From the NCBI GenBank assembly GCA_964016885.1, contig OZ024745.1, positions 115,134,001 to 115,198,000 on the forward strand: a DNA stretch of 64,000 nt, given 5' to 3'. The DNA is from Eledone cirrhosa (taxonomy: Eukaryota). Below the pieces are notes generated by a model. That model did no database searches. It was not told where the DNA came from and saw only the letters and a list, made by a program, of their open reading frames with translations. Positions 1-10,856 of this stretch are shown here, piece after piece (the stretch's first letter is position 1; each line of letters starts with the position of its first letter). The position numbers and the translations under genes are program-made.

Positions 1-475
1 CTTCGTTATATATATATATATATATATATATAGTCACATCATCAAATGTGGCCATGGCAACCTCGTCTAGCAGTTTAACATCACAACATAACTGCCGCAT
101 ACAGCGATACAGCAACACAGGACTACCATTTCCTTAAACATAACAGACTTAACTATAGTTCTTAAATCACTACAAATGCTAGCCAGATGACATTAGCTCT
201 GTTGCCATGCTTTGTTGCTGGGGTGGTGGCTCATGTTTGGTGGAGGGGGGCTTCAGATTATTCTGTGTGGCTAACCCCCTTTCTTCTTCTTCTTCTTTTG
301 TTCCTCCCCTCCTCCTCCTCTTTCTTCTTCTTTGTTCACTTATTCCTGGATGGGTCATTGGCCAGAGTCCTCAAGCATGCCTTTCCAGCAGGTTCTATCA
401 GATGTAAGTGAGAGATCAATGGAGTTCATAGTTACTCTAATTTGTAATAGTTCTAAGGCAGAGTTTCGGAACAAG

Positions 476-873
476 CATCATCATCATCATCATCATCATC
501 ATTTTATGTCTGCTTTTTCCTGCTTGCAAGGGTGGGACGGGAACTGATTCTGGCTTGATTTCTACAGCTGGATGCCCTTCCTAACACCAACCTCATTTAC
601 AGTGATTGCTGGGTGCTTTTTTTCCGTGGCGCCTACACGTCCACTTTACAGTGTGGGCTGGGTGCTTTTTTGCTGTGGCACCTCCACGACCACTTTGCAG
701 TGGAATGATATGGACCCCAATCCCTATCATCTCATTTCTACAGCTGAGTAAACTGGAGCAATGTGAAATTAAGTGTCTTGCTCAAGGAAACAACACATCA
801 CCCGGTCTGAGAATTGAACTCACAACCTTTCGATTGTAAGCCCAATGCTCTAACCACTAAGCCTTGTGCCTCC
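476..873 (-). mobile_element. tRNA-derived CORE-SINE with RTE-type 3' tail and (TGA)n end
   Basis: Minus strand reads GGAGGCACAAGGCTTAGTGGTTAGAGC (A-box-like) ... GAGTTCAATTCTC (B-box-like), then CCTTGAGCAAGACACTTAATTTCACATTGCTCCAGTTTACTCAGCTGTAGAAATGAG, resembling the MIR/CORE domain. Tail 537-605 is identical over 69 bp to the RTE 3' UTR at 48391-48459. Ends in (CAT)n on the + strand. Confidence 0.85.
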
Positions 874-1591
874 ATTGTGTATTTGATGGTTTACTATTGA
901 AAAGTAGGGTGAGGGTGAGCGGGAGTGCCATCCAGTCACTTATGTGATGGTCATGAGCCTCCCATTCTTTGTTGATCCCACATTGCAACCTTATGTATAT
1001 ATAAGGTTACCCATAGAGAATGATTTGAAGTCCCTTCACCCAATGGATCGTAAATTTGAAAATATTTGAGTTCAATAAAATTGCTAAGGTAAAATTCTAC
1101 CATTCTCACTCTTTTCTCAGTTCTTTTATTTTCTATAACTCCTATTACCTTGGCACTTTTAATCTCACACACATTGTCGGGCTTCCAAATATTTGAATTT
1201 GTGTGTATACATATATATAAAATTTTGCACAGTCAAAAAGCTCCATGTTTTTTAAATTTAATTCCTTGCTTTACACCCAGTGTTTGATATGAAATATATT
1301 CTTGATACTATCCAAACTTGGTGAACTTTTGTCATATTGAATATTAATACTCTGCAATCTGAACTGTTCTCAGCAACAAGAACTTTAACTGTTGACTTAT
1401 TCAATCAGGTCCCACAAGAGAGTGTTGTTTTTATATATGTGCCAAATAAAGGGTCAGCTGTGTCAAAGACATTACAACATCCCTTTTGTTGGTGCTACAA
1501 TAAAATACACATAGTGCACTCTGTGCAATACAGGAATGTATGTAAGCGAGATGGGCACCTATGGCCCATCTAAGAGAGGTCAGTAGTTCCT

Positions 1592-1853
1592 GTTATGATG
1601 GCTATAGTGATTACGATGATGATGGTGATGATGAGGATGGTTATGATGGTGGTGATAATGGTGATAATGTTGATGATGATGCTGATGATGATAATGATGA
1701 AGGTGATGATGATGCTGGTGATGATGGCAATAGTGATTACAATGATGATGATGAGGATGGTTATGATGGTGATGATGGTGATGATGAAGATAATGGTGAT
1801 GATGATGATGCTGATGATTAAGATGCTGATTATGATGATGATGATGATGATGG
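1592..1853. repeat. (GAT/GGT)n degenerate microsatellite with internal duplication
   Basis: Trinucleotide runs; the poly-D, poly-M and poly-H ORFs are by-products. Confidence 0.9.
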
Positions 1854-2044
1854 TACAGTAGCACTGCTCCTCACAAACCTTCTAGATTGCTCTCCAACTC
1901 AATTCTGCCTATTAAATTGATAGAAACTATAAATTGCTATCACCATTTGACAAATGCCCTTGTTTTCTTACTATAACAGCTTCAGTTACTCTGAATTGTC
2001 AAGTTGTCTGTCTGCCACCTCCACTCAAGTCTTCATTATGTTCA

Positions 2045-2530
2045 CTAGCAGAAAAACCACCTTTCGGGTGGTTTTCTGCTAGCATGTGTAGTGTGTATAT
2101 TGATATTATACGCAAGTATATATGCATGTAGACATGATACATCAAATAAAATCGTAATTAACAATATCCACAGAAATTGAATGAAGACTGCGTTACACTG
2201 TCTTATGTAATCAGCAACGTAATCCATGATACATTAAAAAAGACAATATTATATATAAACTGCATTAGGAGAAAATTAGTGACGGAAATATATGAATGTT
2301 TATTTAAGCGATCGCTAACCGGAAGTGTTGACATTTGAAAATTTTAAAGAAGTGAATCTTAAAATAAGCACAAAATTATTTATATTTAATCAAAGATAAC
2401 GAAATTTAGTGGATAAATTATGTAATATTCATTCATTATTTATTCAAAGTAATACAACTTATTTTACAAACGGGATAAAAAAATATATTCTGGACGCAGT
2501 CCCGCACTCCTTACTTTAATATAGTTTAGA
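2045..2530 (-). mobile_element. Non-autonomous Helitron-like element
   Basis: Minus strand starts A|TCTAAACTATATTAAAGTAAGGAG and ends with hairpin ACCACCC-GAAA-GGTGGT followed by CTGCTAG|T. This matches Helitron 5'-TC and 3'-CTRR termini, an A|T target and no TSD. Confidence 0.75.
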
Positions 2531-2629
2531 TTCTCCTGTTTTCTCACCATGTCTAATTCAGTGAATTAGCAATCTTGTTAGTACATTGGATAGAATGCTT
2601 TGCAATATTTGTTCAAGCTTTCTGTGCTC

Positions 2630-2700
2630 TATGTTCAAATCCAGCCAAGGTCAACTTTTCATCTTTTTGAGGTCGATAAAATAACTATCAAACTAATACT
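2630..2700 (+). mobile_element. Degenerate Meta-domain SINE fragment
   Basis: GTTCAAATCCAGCCAAGGTCAACTTTTCATCTTTTTGAGGTCGATAAAATAACTA resembles the copy at 8725-8907. Confidence 0.6.
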
Positions 2701-2968
2701 GTTTAATTCTTCATCTCTCTCCCTCTCTTTCTCCCTCTCTCTCTCTCTCTATATATATACAGATATATATCTTTTTCTCTCTCTCCTTTACTGGGTGAAA
2801 TAGGCTGTGTTCTGATTGGAATATCATGATGGTGCCCCTGTCATTCCTTTGAGAATAACGGGATCATACATAGATTGTTTCAATTGCAGACACATACTAA
2901 AAACCTTACAAAATCAGTTCTTTCTGGAATTCCTTCCCTGTAAAGTTTTTCCCTTAACAGGCATCGAC

Positions 2969-3150
2969 TTAACCCTTTTGATACCAAAACTACCCCTAGT
3001 TTCACAATACTAAGCCATTTATTTTATTCATCAAAAACTTTCCATTATAATTTTTATTCAAGAATTTTAAATTATGCTTCAAACACCAGCTTATTAATGA
3101 GAAAGTTCCCTATATTACTAAATGCTTCCATTTTCTAGAGTATTTAAAAC
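2969..3150 (+). mobile_element. Decayed terminus of a TTAA-type DNA transposon/MITE
   Basis: Starts TTAACCCTTTTGATACC; a similar terminus in the opposite orientation (GGTATCAGAAAGGTTAA) ends at about 17337. Confidence 0.35.
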
Positions 3151-3444
3151 AATCATTTGCATTTCATAAACACATGTTCAAACATACATTCAAACACGTG
3201 TTCAAACACACATACTCACATTTGCATGTCTCTAATGAACAAATTTCAAAGGAAACTAACTACAAATCTATAAAACTAACTTTCATACATTTACTTTTCA
3301 TGTCATGATTTGAGACATTTGGATTTTAGAGGCCAGAAATGAAGAAATAACTTTAAAAACAAAACAAAATAAAGAACAAGTAAAAGTTTGGTGTTCCTTC
3401 TTTTTGGCAATGATTCATTGATTCACTGTTTCATGTAGAGGAAA

Positions 3445-4390
3445 ATATATATAGGACACTATTTGGAGTGGAGAAATGGAGGAGGTGGTGGATATAAAAC
3501 TATTACAATATATATAGGACACTATTTTGAGTGGAGAAATGGAGGAGGTGGTGGATATAAAACTATTACAATATATATAGGACATTAGTTGGAGTGGAGT
3601 AATGGACGAGGTGGTGTATATAAAACTATTACAATATATATAGGACATTAGTTGGAGTGGAGTAATGGAGGAGGTGGTGTATATAAAACTATTACAATAT
3701 ATATAGGACATTATTTGGAGTGGAGTAATGGAGGAGGTGGTGTATATAAAACTATTACAATATATATAGGACATTATTTGGAGTGGAGTAATGGAGGATG
3801 CGGTGTATATAAAACTATTACAATATATATAGGACACTAGTTGGAGTGGAGTAATGGAGGAGGTGGTGTATATAAAACTATTACAATATATATAGGACAC
3901 TAGTTGGAGTGGAGTAATGGAGGATGCGGTGTATATAAAACTATTACAATATATATAGGACATTAGTTGGAGTGGAATAATGGACGAGGTAGTGTATATA
4001 AAACTATTACAATATATATAGGACATTAGTTGGAGTGGTGTAATGGACGAGGTAGTGTATATAAAACTATTACAATATATATAGGACATTAGTTGGAGTG
4101 GAATAATGGACGAGGTAGTGTATATAAAACTATTACAATATATATAGGACATTAGTTGGAGTGGAGTAATGGACGAGGTGGTGTATATAAAACTATTACA
4201 ATATATATAGGACATTATTTGGAATGGAGTAATGGACGAGGTAGTGTATATAAAACTATTATAATATATATAGGACATTAGTTGGAGTGGAGTAATGGAG
4301 GAGGTGGTGTATATAAAACTATTATAATATATATAGGACATTAGTTGGAGTGGAGTAATGGAGGAGGTGGTGTATATAAACCTATTACAA
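3445..4390. repeat. 63-bp minisatellite, about 15 copies
   Basis: Unit approximately TATATATAGGACATTAGTTGGAGTGGAGTAATGGAGGAGGTGGTGTATATAAAACTATTACAA; gives the 21-aa periodic ORF 3415-4341. Confidence 0.95.
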
Positions 4391-4478
4391 GGTCATTAAT
4401 GTCTATCTGATATTTTTTACTCTCTTAACATCACCCTTTATTTTATTCTTTTTGTTTTTTACTTTGCTTCTTCCACAA

Positions 4479-4479
<1 letters not shown>

Positions 4480-4552
<73 letters not shown>

Positions 4553-4582
4553 TCTCTCTCTATCCATCTTTCTATGTATCTG

Positions 4583-4618
<36 letters not shown>

Positions 4619-4726
4619 ACTTTTAAATTCCATCTGTGATAACATTTTACACGTTTTTATTGTATGTAAACTTCCCCCTTTGTATTTGTCCCCTTCTTTT
4701 GTGCCCCTGTGGCTAATAAAGAAATA

Positions 4727-4769
<43 letters not shown>

Positions 4770-4850
4770 GTTTCTTAATCTACATTCTTCCTGTTTCTAT
4801 TTCTTTCTTTCTCTCCCCATCCCTCTTTCTCCCATCTCACTCACCCCCTC

Positions 4851-4894
<44 letters not shown>

Positions 4895-4895
4895 G
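4480..4895. repeat. (CT)n and (TATC)n microsatellite cluster
   Basis: Seen directly; interrupted by a LINE 3' end at 4616-4726. Confidence 0.9.
4616..4726 (+). mobile_element. Tx1/L1-clade LINE extreme 3' end inside (TATC)n
   Basis: Nearly identical to 5555-5666; ends GTGGCTAATAAAGAAA; flanked on both sides by TATC repeats. Confidence 0.75.
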
Positions 4896-5176
4896 TATTC
4901 CACGGGGTGGTCTCTATTCCCCCTCTCTCCCCACACCTCTCTCTATTTCCCTTTCCTATTACTTTCACTTTCATGTTCACCCATTCATACATTCATTCAT
5001 TTTTTTTTTAATCATGTTTTTTGTTTTGTTTTATCTGTTTTGACATCTGTTTCTATCTATATACTCTCTCTCCACCCCCTCTCTCTCTCTCTCTCTCTCT
5101 CTTTCTTTCTCCCTCTCTCTTTCTGTATATATGTGTGTGTGATATACATGTGTAATATATATATATTATATATATC

Positions 5177-5280
5177 GCGCCGAGGTTAACTTTGCCTTTC
5201 ATCCTTACGGGGTCGATAAAATAAAGTACCAGTAATGTACTGGGATAATTGCTGGCCTTGTGCCAAAAGTAGAAACAATT
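5177..5280 (+). mobile_element. 5'-truncated Meta-domain SINE
   Basis: CGCCGAGGTTAACTTTGCCTTTCATCCTTACGGGGTCGATAAAATAAAGTACCAG..., near identical to 8809-8907. Confidence 0.85.
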
Positions 5281-5392
5281 ATATATATATATATATACAC
5301 ATATCTATGTGTGTATATCAATCTATCTATCAGCCAATCAATCAATCTATCTATTTATCTGTCGGTTTATCTCTTTATCTATCTATCTACCT

Positions 5393-5666
5393 GAGTGAAT
5401 GGGCCTTCTCTCTATATCAGCCTATAGGTTGAGGAAAAGGAGGAGGAGAGGAAAGGAGTACAAACTCTTCGTACTCCTGGAGATGAGGGTTGCACATTTT
5501 TTCGGGGGTATGTGTTACCCATATAAACTGTCTCCCCCTATTGGGGAAAATCGACTAACTTTTTAAATTCCATCTGTGATAACATTTTACACGTTTTTAT
5601 TGTATGTAAACTTCCCCCTTTGTATTTGTCCCCTTCTTTTGTGCCCCTGTGGCTAATAAAGAAACA
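5393..5666 (+). mobile_element. Tx1/L1-clade LINE 3' fragment (ORF end plus 3' UTR)
   Basis: GTGAATGGGCCTTCTCTCTATATCAGCCTATAG matches the ORF end at 7126-7158. The UTR resembles 7160-7378. Flanked by TATC repeats. Confidence 0.8.
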
Positions 5667-5699
5667 TATCTATCTGTTCATCTATCTATCTATATATAG

Positions 5700-5810
5700 T
5701 TTATTGTTATTTATTAATGTTAAAGTTATATGATTTTTATGTAAAACCCCTGCCGTCACGTCTTGTAATGTCCCATTTTTGTACGCCCCTGTGGCAAATA
5801 AAGAAACATA
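5700..5810 (+). mobile_element. Third Tx1/L1-clade 3' end (diverged subfamily)
   Basis: TTTTATGTAAAACCCC...TGTCCCATTTTTGTACGCCCCTGTGGCAAATAAAGAAA resembles 7310-7378; flanked by TATC/TCTG repeats. Confidence 0.65.
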
Positions 5811-6199
5811 TCTATCTGTCGGTCTATCTGTTTGTCGGTCTATCTGTTTGTCTGTCTATCTGTTTGTCGGTCTATCTGTTTGTCTGTCTATCTGTTTGTC
5901 TGTCTATCTGTTTGTCTGTCTATCTGTTTGTCTGTCTATCTGTTTGTCTGTCTATCTGTTTGTCGGTCTATCTGTTTGTCTGTCTATCTGTTTGTCTGTC
6001 TATCTGTTTGTCTGTCTATCTGTTTGTCTGTCTATCTGTTTGTCGGTCTATCTGTTTGTCTGTCTATCTGTTTTTCTGTCTATCTGTTTGTCTGTATATC
6101 TGTTTGTCTGTCTATCTGTTTGTCTGTCTATCTGTTTGTCGGTCTATCTGTTTATCTGTCTATCTGTTTGTCTGTCTATCTGCTTGTCTGTCTATCTGT
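5811..6199. repeat. 16-bp compound microsatellite (TCTATCTGTTTGTCTG)n, resuming at 7381-7540
   Basis: Seen directly on both sides of the LINE fragment. Confidence 0.95.
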
Positions 6200-7380
6200 T
6201 TCCTTTGGAAGAAGAGGTCTCCTCTGGTGAGGAGATCCATCTGCTGTCAACACCCTTTGAAAGGAGGGCTGGGGATGCCGTGGCTAAAAATGCGTAAACA
6301 CGCATTGAGGCTAAGGCACCTCCAGGTATTCCTCACCGGTCAACCGGTGTGGGCCCCATTTGTGAGGCGAGCCTTCCCGAGGCTCGTCTCGCTCACCGAG
6401 CTGCAGTCCTGGGTGAAGCAAAGACCGAGAAAACTGGGCGACTGGCACACCGAGTGTGCCCAAGCGCTCACGGCTCTCTGGCAGGCGGACCCGGCTATCG
6501 ACGGAGACTCCACCTCGTCATTCTATAGAGGGCTGGTGGTTAGCGGGTGCGACGACGCCCTCGGAGAAACCCTAGGCATGGAGGAGGACGAACTGGCCAG
6601 TCTATTCGGTAGGACTTTCGGCCCGGGACCCATGGACAACTTCCAGAAGTCCTTGGCCTGGCAGTGCTACCGAGGGGCTCTGCCCGTTTGGGATAAGCTC
6701 TACAAACACGGGCGCCCGGGTAGGGACCCCTCGAAAAAGATCTGTCCCAGATGCGTGCGCGACGAGGAAACCGTCGCGCACGCATTGGTGCACTGCCCGG
6801 GCGTTGCCGATCTGTGGGACTATGTCGAACAACTGCTGTCACGGGTGGGACCAATTAGGTTGACCACCAAGTCCATTGTAACGATCAAGCCGCCTCCCCC
6901 CTTCAAAAATGAAGGAGAGGCGGTCTTCCTCTGTGTAATAGCCATGGTAAAAGAGGCTATATGGTGGACGCGTCTGAAAGGGCTGAGGTCGGACACCTTT
7001 CTCTCCGACAACAACTGGTCCTTTTCTTCCGATACCATTTCGGAAGAAGGATCAGGATGGAGAGAGAGGTGCTCCACTCCAGCCAGTTTTATGAAAGGTG
7101 GGTGAAAGTTGCGAGAATGGCCCGTGTGAATGGGCCTTCTCTCTACCTCAGCCTGTAGGTGGAACAGAAAGAAGGGAGCACCCTCTCTTTGTGCTCCTGT
7201 GGAGAAGGGTCGCACACTTTTTTTCGGGGGTGTGTGTGACCCCAAAACGATCCCTCCCTATTGAGGACCTTCTTGTTATTATTTTGTTTGTTATATTTTT
7301 CTTACTCGATTTTTATGTAAACTCCCCCCACCCATGTACATGTCCCTTTCTTTTGTGCCCTAGTGGCAAATAAACAGAAA
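6200..7380 (+). mobile_element. 5'-truncated Tx1/L1-clade LINE: ORF2 C-terminus with CCHC zinc knuckle, plus 3' UTR
   Basis: FLW...KGGLGMP and CPRC...EETVAHALVHCP...LW motifs are typical of the L1/Tx1 ORF2 C-terminus (zf-RVT). One frameshift near 7005, stop at 7158, AATAAA near 7368. GC-rich relative to the flanks. Confidence 0.85.
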
Positions 7381-7879
7381 TTTGTCTATCTGTTTGTCTG
7401 TCTATCTGTTTGTCTGTCTATCTGTTTGTCTGTCTATCTGTTTGTCTGTCTATCTGTTTGTTGGTCTATCTGTTTGTCTGTCTATCTGTTTGTCTGTCTA
7501 TCTGTTTGTCTGTCTATCTGTTTGTCTGTCTACCTGTTTGTCTCTCACTTTCTCTCACTCCCATCTCAGACAACCACTTGTCTGATGGTTGAGTCAGTCT
7601 GGCTGCTATGAAAATCTCTTGCTGGATTTAATAACCTATGGAGTTATGCTGCACTCTGCTAGTGCACTTCACATGTGTGTGTGTGAATGTGTGGGACCTC
7701 AATTTTACAAGGGTTTCTGGGAAGTAGCAAGGTATTCTGGAACAATCTATATAATCAATTTGACACTGTAAAAAAATGTAATAAATAACAAAACAAAATA
7801 ATAATAATAATAATAATAATGGAAATAACAAGAAATCTATTTTAAAATAGCAGAAATTGTTGGATACAGACTATGATGC

Positions 7880-8208
7880 AAAGGTAGTGGTAGCAGTAGA
7901 AGGAGGTGGTAATGGTAGTAGTAGTAGTGGTGGAGGTGGGAGGTGGTAGTAGTAGTAGTGTGAGGTGGTGGTAGTAGTAGTGGGAGGTGGTAGTAGTAGT
8001 GGTGGGAGGTGGTAGTAGTAGTAGTAGTAGTAGTCACAACAGTGGTTATAGTAGTGGTAGTGGTAGTAGTGGTAGTAGTAGTAGTAGTAGCAGCAGCATC
8101 AGTAGGGGTGGTAGTAGTAGTAGTAGTATCAGCAGTAGTAATGGTAGTAGTATCAATAGCTGCAGTAGTAATAGTAGTAGTAATAGCAATAATAGTAATG
8201 GTAGTAGT

Positions 8209-8240
<32 letters not shown>

Positions 8241-8289
8241 TAATAGCAGCAGCAACAGCATCAGTAGTAGTAATAGTAGTAGTGGTAGT

Positions 8290-8321
<32 letters not shown>

Positions 8322-8458
8322 TAGCAACAGCTGTAGCAGTTGCAGCACTAGTAGCAGTAGTAGTTGTAGCAGCAGCAGTAGTAGTAGCAGTATCAGTAGA
8401 AATAGTAGTAGTAGCAGCATCAGTAGCAGTAATAGTAGTAGCAGCACCAGCACCAGCG

Positions 8459-8492
<34 letters not shown>

Positions 8493-8655
8493 CAGAAGTA
8501 ATAGTAGTGGTAGTAGTAGTAGTAGTAGTAGTAGCAGTCATAGTTGTAGCAGTAGTAACAGTAGCAGCAGCTGGAGTAATAGTAGTGGTACTAGTAGTAG
8601 CAGTAGTAGTAGCAGCAGGAGTAATAGTAATAGTAATAGTAGTAGTAATAGCAAT
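7880..8655. repeat. (AGT/AGC/GGT)n degenerate microsatellite
   Basis: Trinucleotide runs producing poly-S, poly-V, poly-T and poly-L ORFs. Confidence 0.95.
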
Positions 8656-8724
8656 TAAATTATAATTTTCTTTGGTTCAATCCTATAATTTCCCTCTATA
8701 TGGCGTTAACAATTTGATAAGAGC

Positions 8725-8907
8725 GGTGAATTGGCAGTATCGGTAGAGGGTTGGACGCCATGCTTTGACGCATAGAGTTACGGCCCTTGCCATTCTGAGT
8801 TCAAATCCCGCCGAGGTTAACTTTGCCTTTCATCCTTACGGGGTCGATAAAATAAAGTACCAGTAATGTACTGGATAATTGCTGGCCTTGTGCCAAAAGT
8901 AGAAACA
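8725..8907 (+). mobile_element. Full-length tRNA-derived Meta-domain SINE with 20-bp TSD
   Basis: A-box-like TGGCAGTATCGG and B-box GAGTTCAAATCC, then the Meta-domain-like GCCTTTCATCCTTACGGGGTCGATAAAATAAAGTACCAG. Direct repeat GTTAACAATTTGATAAGAGC at 8705-8724 and 8908-8927. Confidence 0.9.
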
Positions 8908-9112
8908 GTTAACAATTTGATAAGAGCTTCATGTTTAATTTTACAGTTGACCAGGTCAGCATTGATACCCCCAGTGTTGTGGGCCTGGACATAGTGGGGG
9001 AGCATTCTCTGGTGTGTTGGAACCCACATGTAGGCTGCCTTGAGGTCCCAGCAGAGCATAGAATAGAGAAAATGTTACCTCAGAGGATGACAAGGGGTAC
9101 ATGTCAGAACAG

Positions 9113-9541
9113 CCATTCCAACTAGCGAGGCTCTGACTTAATTACAGTGAGTAGTGAGGTAGTCCAGGGGCCATGAATGCCAGACCACATCCCTACTCAT
9201 TACTATCAAGGTAGAGATGGCTACACACATGAGTAAGCTCCGCTAGTTGGAATAGCTATTCCAACTAGCGAGGCTCTGACTTAATTACAGTGAGTAGTGA
9301 GGTAGTCCAGGGGCCATGAATGCCAGACCACATCCCTACTCATTACTATCAAGGTAGAGATGGCTACACACATGAGTAAGCTCCGCTAGTTGGAATAGCT
9401 ATTCCAACTAGCGAGGCTCTGACTTAATTACAGTGAGTGGTGAGGTAGTCCAGGGGCCATGAATGCCAGACCACATCCCTACTCATTACTATCAAGGTAG
9501 AGATGGCTACACACATGAGTAAGCTCCGCTAGTTGGAATAG
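9113..9541. repeat. Three tandem 143-bp units with terminal inverted repeats
   Basis: Units 9113-9255, 9256-9398 and 9399-9541 are almost identical. Junctions form the perfect 30-bp palindrome CGCTAGTTGGAATAG|CTATTCCAACTAGCG. Confidence 0.95.
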
Positions 9542-10541
9542 CTATTCTAATTAGCAGGACTTGCTTCTGCGGGTAGCCAACTCTGCCCTGATTACTGTGA
9601 ATAGAAATGTGGTCTGGGGTTCAAGATTGCTGGAAGTCTCCACTGCTACAGGTTCGACCACAAATCTAACAGAGAATGGCTTCCACTTTGTGGAAAAACA
9701 GAGAAGGCAGCAGTTTAGATTTGAGAGTGGTTCTGTTCTAATGCTCTTTTATAGCCAAATAGTTGAGAAGTTTGCTTCCCAATCATTGAATCATGGGTTT
9801 GATCCCACTGTGTAGCATCTTGGGCGAGTATCATTTACCATAGCCTTGGGTCAACCCATGCCTGATTTAAATTAGGTTAACAGAAACTGTTTAGAAGAAT
9901 TTGGAAGCATTGTGAGATATGTGTGTAAATTTTAAAGAGTTACAGACAGAAATATATATAAATATATATACCAACACACATGACATTATTATGGTTGTTT
10001 GGTTTCAGTCATTTGACTGAGACATTGCCTATAAAGAAATTTAGTTGTTCAAGTCGACCCCAATACTTATGTCAATTTAGTATTTATTTTATCAATTTCT
10101 ATTTGTCAAACCACTAAGTTATAGGACATAAAGAGATGCAACATAAACAACAACATAGCTTTTAAACTGGGTCGGTGTAAACACACACACAAAATATTTA
10201 TTCAATTTGGGGCCTGAGTTTCATGACTGAAAGTAGTGAACCATCATCATTCAACATCTGCTTTCCTTGCTAGCAAGGGTAGGATGGGTCTTCACAGATC
10301 AAGTCAGTACTGAAGCAGGGCTACTGACCCCCCATCTTCCTTGACAAATCTATTGTTCGCATCTTGCTTACATATGGTTCCATGTTCTACTGAGTGCATT
10401 ATGTTGTGGCACCTGCACTAGAGAGGTTGTCACGTCTTTGAAACAACTAAAGGTCCTTCCAACACTTTGTTTGGCAAGCATTCTATGACAGCTTTTCTAC
10501 TTTTCTACTTTTCTACTTTTCTACTCTAATATAAACATTCA

Positions 10542-10856
10542 TTAATTCTGTGTCTCCATCATATGATTAGATCTTCGGGCTCTTACAGTTTTTCTCATTG
10601 CAAGCTTTTGGTTGATGTTAGTTCTACTGTTTCCTTTTAAACACACAGTGTAACTTTCCTTTAGAGCATCCTGTCTTCTTTTATGTTCTACTAGTGGCTG
10701 AACCCATCTTTGTCTAAAATAAACATAATTGCATGAATTCCCTGTATTTTGAATACATTGCTTTAAAACAATGATAACAATCTTCAGTTTATGTGGGAAC
10801 ATTGATTCCCTCAACATTATTGTATCCAAGCTATCTAGAAAATTGTTTACATTGAG
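10542..10856 (-). CDS. Candidate terminal coding exon, product unknown
   Basis: Acceptor-like TTGTTTATTTATGTAG followed by 104 open, non-repetitive codons (LNVNNFLDSLDTIMLRESMFPHKL...METQN*) in AT-rich DNA. No recognisable domain and no convincing upstream exon. Confidence 0.25.
   Translation of the reverse strand, partial: LNVNNFLDSLDTIMLRESMFPHKLKIVIIVLKQCIQNTGNSCNYVYFRQRWVQPLVEHKRRQDALKESYTVCLKGNSRTNINQKLAMRKTVRARRSNHMMETQN

Noticed and set aside
951-1172. Coding exon on the minus strand
   Set aside because: A donor-like GTAACC is present, but there is an in-frame stop shortly upstream, no clear acceptor and no recognisable domain.
1561-1864. Acidic Asp-rich or His-rich protein
   Set aside because: (GAT)n microsatellite. 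The same applies to ORFs at 47106-47442, 51109-51926 and 55835-56311.
5717-6199. N-terminal part of the 462-aa ORF as a real protein
   Set aside because: It is translated (TCTA/TCTG) microsatellite fused by chance in frame to the LINE fragment starting at 6200.
7837-8665. Mucin-like, poly-Ser or poly-Val proteins
   Set aside because: Trinucleotide microsatellite open in several frames; no splice or domain evidence.
8817-9059. DIRS/LTR RT or RNase H fragment (DLKAAY, WVPTH)
   Set aside because: Only short motif resemblance with no supporting neighbouring motifs, and the ORF runs into a SINE.
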